64,000 bases of DNA. Source: Klebsormidium nitens. Its lineage: Eukaryota; Plantae; Klebsormidiophyceae. Below are positions 58,906 to 64,000 of this stretch, piece by piece. The stretch spans positions 1-64,000 of the forward strand of contig DF237172.1 of NCBI GenBank assembly GCA_000708835.1. The letters are read 5' to 3'. Within the stretch, counting starts at the first letter, position 1. Every line of letters begins with the position of its first letter. Under the pieces are notes generated by a model. That model did not search any database. It had not been told where the DNA came from and saw only the letters and a list, made by a program, of their open reading frames with translations. The position numbers were made by a program, and so were the translations under genes.

Positions 58906-61900
58906 ATGGATTTCAGTGAGACCTACAAGCACAGCGGTCCTTGTGCGTGGTCTCCCAATGGCAGAATGCTCGCAACAGCGGTCGACTTCCGCTTGGTGGT
59001 GCGGGACGCCGACAGCTTGCAGGTGCGCCTTTCTCCTTGCTAGCTTTGAACCCCAGGCAGTCAAGATTAGGGTTTTCATTTTCACCCACCCATGCTCAGA
59101 CCAGGGTGGTTTTCTGGAGTGATCCTGCATCAACTCAGGGAGCCTTATGCACTGAGGAGGCTGCTGCATTGAGGAGGCAGCTGTCTTGAAGCATCTGACA
59201 TGTTGAGCCCGTCAGTCCTGCACTCTGGTTGCTTGTGATGATGGTGGTATGCACGCAATTCCGGACGATAAAAAAATGGTTCAACTTTGTTGAAAGAACA
59301 AATGCAGGGTTCATCGATAAGCGCTGTGCCGCAAGCAGATTAAGTGTACATGATGCATCTTTCTTGTGCTCTTGAGCTGATGCAATGCTGACCTGGGGGC
59401 AGGTAGTCCAGCCGATTCTGCTGGGGCATCAGACCATCATGCACTGTTGAGTGGTTTTGTATCTTTGAGTTCAACGATTGCTTGGCCCCCATCTTCTCTC
59501 CATAAAGCTGGGCAATCAAGGTTGATCAGCATCCTTTTGGAGTAGTCTGGAAAGAGACAAAATGCATTAGCTATTGACCAACTTATGCCACTTTCAGAAG
59601 CTTTTCTAACTGCCAGAATTGCAAAGACTTCCACAGACAAATTCCAAGAAGATTGCACCCATGCCTCTGCAGGTCCTTCAGCTCTTCTCCTGCCTCGACA
59701 AGATCAACCAGATCGAGTGGGCCAGTGACTCCACCTATATCCTCTGCGCGCTCTATAAACGCTCGCTCATCCAGGTCTGGTCGGTCGCGCAGCCCGAGTG
59801 GATCTGCAAGATTGACAACGGGCCCGCCGGGCTCGTGCACGCACGCTGGTGTCCCGATGGGCGCGGAATCCTCGCCACCTCTAGTTTCCAGCTCAAGATC
59901 ACATTCTGGTCCCTTGTCACCAAGCACAGCGAGAGCCTGCAGTGGCCAAAGCTGGTAATGAGGGGCGTGAGTTTCTCGCACGACGGGAAGTTTGCGGCGG
60001 TGGCGACGCGGCGGGATTGCAAAGACTTCGTGAACATTCTGACGTCGGAATCGTGGGAGCTTGTGACGAGATTCGAGGTGGGGACGGCGGACCTGGCGGA
60101 CCTGGCGTGGGCGCCAGACGATGGAAGCATTGCAGTGTGGGATAGCATCCTGGATTACAAGGTATGGCATCTGCTTCGTAAATTCATCATTTTAATTGCA
60201 ATTTGAGTTTTTGCGTGCAAGGCAGTCTTTTGGCATAGAATGCGTGCAAGGCAGTCTTCTGGCATAGAATCATCGTAGTGGACTGCAGTCTTGACCCAAG
60301 TGTTCCGCAGGACTCAAACCTTCAAAAGCGTGTGGGACGGCATCCTTTTAATCAAGGAACCAGCTCCATCTATACAAGATCCAAATTGGTCCGAACTCTG
60401 CCCGTTTGCATTACGACTCAGATTGGGCCGACTCCCCACGAGTCCCCTAGACCTTACAGATGCTCATCCACTCTCCACTTGTTTGGACCTCACTGAATTA
60501 AACGGCCTTTGAGGACTCAGCCTGACTCCGCCAATTTCACTCTCTGCACACCCCACATTGGTTACATCTATTGGGCCCAAGCTTATCTATGGTTTACCCC
60601 AAACCGTGCAGATGCTCATCTACTCCCCCGACGGCCGCCTCACCGCCCAGTACTCCGCCTACGAAAACGCGCTCGGGATCAAAACCGCTTCGTGGTCGCC
60701 CTCCGGCCAGTTCCTCGCGATCGGAAGCTTTGACCAGACGGCCCGTGTTTTGAACCACCTGACGTGGCGACCCTTTGGCGAGTTTATTCACACTCCTACG
60801 ATACGGCCGAACGGAGCGGTGGCAGTTTACAGGGAGCTAGAGGAGGGCCGACATGTAGTGCTGGAGGGGCGTGCGGAGGGGCTGACGAACGGGATGCAGT
60901 TTCGGGAGGCGGCGGCAGCGGCGGCGGACGCGCAGGGGGCGCGAGAGGTGAGAAGAGGCTTGAGCACTCGTACCCCCCAATTACAGAACCTGAAACCGCC
61001 GGAAATACTCTATCTACTGAAGTGCCTATCGAATGTTTCGAAGTGGGGGCGTTTGATTGAATCTTGCGTTTAAGCCCCTCAGTGGAGAAGTTGGAGAAGA
61101 GAGGTGGTCGCTCAGAATTGGAAGCCCGTCGTTTCTGCTACTGAAACCCGTGGAAGAAAGTTGGCGCTTGGATCAGAGCGAGTTGAGGCTGTGCCCGGGG
61201 TCAGAGCATGGGCGCTTCACAAAGTGCTTGGCGCGATTTGCAGGGAACAGATCTCAGCTCCGCTGCGACTCCCTCCATATCTTGTTACTCGCTCTAAACA
61301 CGGCCTTTTCTTTTGCAGGGACCGACAAAAGCGCGCTACGAAGTGGTCGACGAGCAGGTGGTAGCCGTGCCAAACCGGAAGCCAGAGCCCGATAAACCGA
61401 ACCCGAAGCAAGGAATAGGTGAGCCGCGGCAGGACTAGCTGCGCCGTACCTAGTTCTCGTCCGAGCGCGCAGTTTAGACTGTCTTCCGGTCCGTCAGCGC
61501 CCGGCTGAAAGATCGCAAACCACCGTCATTAAGGAGATCTCCGAGAGCAGGACTGCCTCGGTTTGCAATCCGAAGTAGCCAGTTCATCGTGCTCAAAAGA
61601 GGGTCCTCGTACGAGAAGTCGCCCCAAAGGTGAATCTATCCAGATTCGCCCATACGCTATTATATGAAATGCCAGTCACGTTTCCTCGTTTTCACCCAAT
61701 CCTTGCCAATCAGATCTTTTCGAGTACAGCGCCCACAGCCGATACCTAACCACACCCTTGAGACGGCGAAGCTATCCAGGTGTGCGGAAGTTTCTTCGCT
61801 TTCCGCACGCATCTGCGCTTCTGCATCTCCTCTCATCTCTGAAAAAACCGGAAATTCTTCCACTCAGGTCTGCTAGAATGGAGCCCGGACAGCCAGTACC

Positions 61901-62223
61901 TCGCCACGCGCAACGACAGCATGCCGACCGCCGTGTGGGTATGGTCCATGCCGTCCCTCGAACTGACCGCCGTCCTCATCCAAAAAGAGCCCGTCAAGGC
62001 GGCCACGTGGGACCCCACGAGCGCGCGGCTCGCGATCGTGACGGGCACCGCGCGCGTGTTTCTGTGGGCGCCCGACGGCGCGTCGTGCGTGCACGTGCCT
62101 TTAGCGGACTTTCACGCCGTCGGGCTGCGGTGGAACCCGGCGGGGAACGCGTTTGTGCTGTTAGATAAGGACACGTTCTGCTGCGCATTTGTGCCACGGA
62201 CGGACGAATACGAGGGCCACTGA
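58906..62223 (+). CDS. WRAP73: WD40-repeat protein WRAP73/WDR8, 5 exons, 465 aa
   Basis: In-phase exons 58906-59022, 59673-60161, 60612-60947, 61319-61418, 61868-62223. Motifs: MDFSETYK, LFSCLDKI..IEWASDS, WICKIDNGPAGL, LGIKTASWSPSGQFLAIGSFD, PDKPNPKQGIG, YLATRNDSMPTAVWVW. Confidence 0.95.
60214..60271 (+). repeat. 29-bp tandem duplication in a WRAP73 intron
   Basis: gcgtgcaaggcagtctt(t/c)tggcatagaat twice. Confidence 0.9.
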
Positions 62224-63512
62224 GGGGCGACTGTCAGTTTCAATCGACCTTGCAGAGTCTAGTAAGCGTATATTTACCCACCCGAAGGTCCAATTCTTTG
62301 CATATACAAGAAAATAAAGGTCTCTAGTCGTCTGCATGAGGTGTGTATGTACAAGCTTTGCCATCAGTCGACGTCATATGGTGTCTGACTATCACGTGCT
62401 CAAATCAAGCTGGACGTGTAGTTCCATTCATGCATCAGATTGTGCGATTTAACGGTCAGGACCTGCCTCCATATGCAGTGCGTCTCACGTGGAGCTTCAT
62501 GGTTTATATGTATCTAGTTTGATTAGCTGAGGTGGCATACAAGTGCCTCAGTGTGACCGACACGATAAGAGCACTGATTTTGCACTCAGTAGGATCAAGC
62601 GGATTAGTCACAATACAGTAGTACGGTCACACGCGAAATGCAATGCGGCGGGTGCAACGGCCTCTTTCATATCAACGTCAATCCGGTCAGCTTTTGCAGT
62701 CACACGACCGTCGTGCTGAATGATCATTTCAAACCCATAATTAGTTCGGACGGTTCACAAACCGAAGAACTTGCTTATACTTTGTATAGCTACTGAGCAC
62801 GATCAGGGTCCAACAGATGAAATACCTTGCATTAGTTGCAGATCCGGATTAAATCTGCACACATGCATACTGAGCGTGATGCACCGTACATTTTGCATAT
62901 GCCGACGTACATGGGGGTGGATATACAAAGTTCGGGGCACGGTTACATACAAATTCTCTCCCGCCAGCGCTGTGCATGTCGTGGATCCCCTGATCGAACA
63001 TGATATGTGCGAGCCCCGGCCAGCCATGCATGCCCATGCACCAATAGGTAGTCGAGTATGCCATGCCCACTATGATGGTGAATATGGGGCATCTTTTTGA
63101 ATTTCGATCAATACTCAGTCATAGCATGAGCACACGACTGAGTTTTATGGATGTCAGATCGCGACCGTACCACACTCCTTAGTAATGCAGATCTCATGCA
63201 GCGGCTTGGAGCTGCCGAGATAGTCGCATTCGCGAATTATACGCATACCAACACCTTCTGTTGGCGTCCGCAGCGCCCAAATGCACATGACAGAGGCCCG
63301 GCCCGGCCCAGTCTTCGTTGGATTGGCAATTGCCGTCTGGATTTTTGAGCGCTGGGCCCCGCAGCAATGCAAGTAGGTCAACAAAATACCAATTATTGAG
63401 TCATGCTGATGTCAACGGACTCTTACACCGAGGGTTCTGGTTAGACGGTACGTGACCAAACTCGTCCTCAACCTTGCAGATTAGATTCTTATTCTACTAA
63501 GATACAACCTCG

Positions 63513-63553
63513 GTGACCAATGCACTAGTGCTTAAGTGACCAATGCACTAGTG
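63513..63553 (+). repeat. short direct duplication
   Basis: gtgaccaatgcactagtg twice, separated by cttaa. Confidence 0.85.
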
Positions 63554-63838
63554 TCTACCATATCCACATCCAGGCCCACCTGTGAAGGAGTCAAGCTTGA
63601 CCTTGTTACTCCCGAGACAACTCTTTGCCGCACGCTTGCTGCATCCTTCCAAAGAGCCAGACCTCCGCCCATTGCCTATCTTATTCTACTCTCAGCTTCA
63701 AGAGCACAAGTGAGCATAACGTTCGTGCTTAACAAAGGAGCTACAGAGGGCTTGACGCCGGCTGCATCAGAGCAAGCCCCCATCCTCATCCCTACCCTCG
63801 AACCCAACCCTTCACAGGAGCTCAATCCCGTTTTGGGA

Positions 63839-64000
63839 CTACGACACACTGACAGTGTGCTGCTCGGAATCAAGCCCGCTCTCTTGCTTATCAAATACCA
63901 GCCCTCCCTCAGTGAGCTGGATGTGGAGGGCGCTGGCCTCAGCGTTTGACAGTGTCTCCTTGCACTTTACACACACAGGCGCTTCCGCACCGAACTCCCG
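63839..64000 (-). CDS. possible 3' end of a gene entering from beyond the window
   Basis: Open frame REFGAEAPVCVKCKETLSNAEASALHIQLTEGG...VSVS* containing a CxxC-x12-H motif. No start is visible. Confidence 0.3.
   Translation of the reverse strand, partial: REFGAEAPVCVKCKETLSNAEASALHIQLTEGGLVFDKQESGLDSEQHTVSVS

Noticed and set aside
63536-63949. 137-aa + strand ORF
   Set aside because: No ATG context, homology or codon bias, and it overlaps a more protein-like - strand frame.

Overview
Eukaryotic nuclear DNA with spliceosomal introns, GC-rich exons and one N-gap (27143-27461). Land-plant-like orthologues plus WRAP73 point to a streptophyte alga such as Klebsormidium (inference). All gene models were built by hand, with splice phases checked. 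Ordinary genes: a YcaC-type isochorismatase-family hydrolase (+), a 14-exon anoctamin/TMEM16 (-), a 10-exon AFG1-like ATPase (+), a 5-exon WRAP73/WDR8 (+) and a partial C2H2 zinc-finger gene. The centre holds a tail-to-tail paralogue pair. One is an apparently intact 11-exon gene of about 2460 aa (35998-49983, -) and the other a disrupted copy (18043-27097, +). Both join the N-terminal DUF627 region of plant USP-type deubiquitinases to an unrecognised helical domain and a C-terminal RING finger. No USP catalytic domain is visible, and the intact copy carries the internal cassette about three times. Between them sit an orphan 144-aa gene and its head-to-head pseudogene. Non-coding highlights: (1) five small fold-back elements sharing a G-run/telomere-like core but carrying different inverted arms; (2) three introns carrying decayed echoes of the preceding exon tail plus donor site; (3) a hAT-type MITE with an 8-bp TSD; (4) an rps12 fragment of probable mitochondrial origin in an intron; (5) a probable 11-nt micro-exon and a GC-AG intron; (6) several hairpins and minisatellites.
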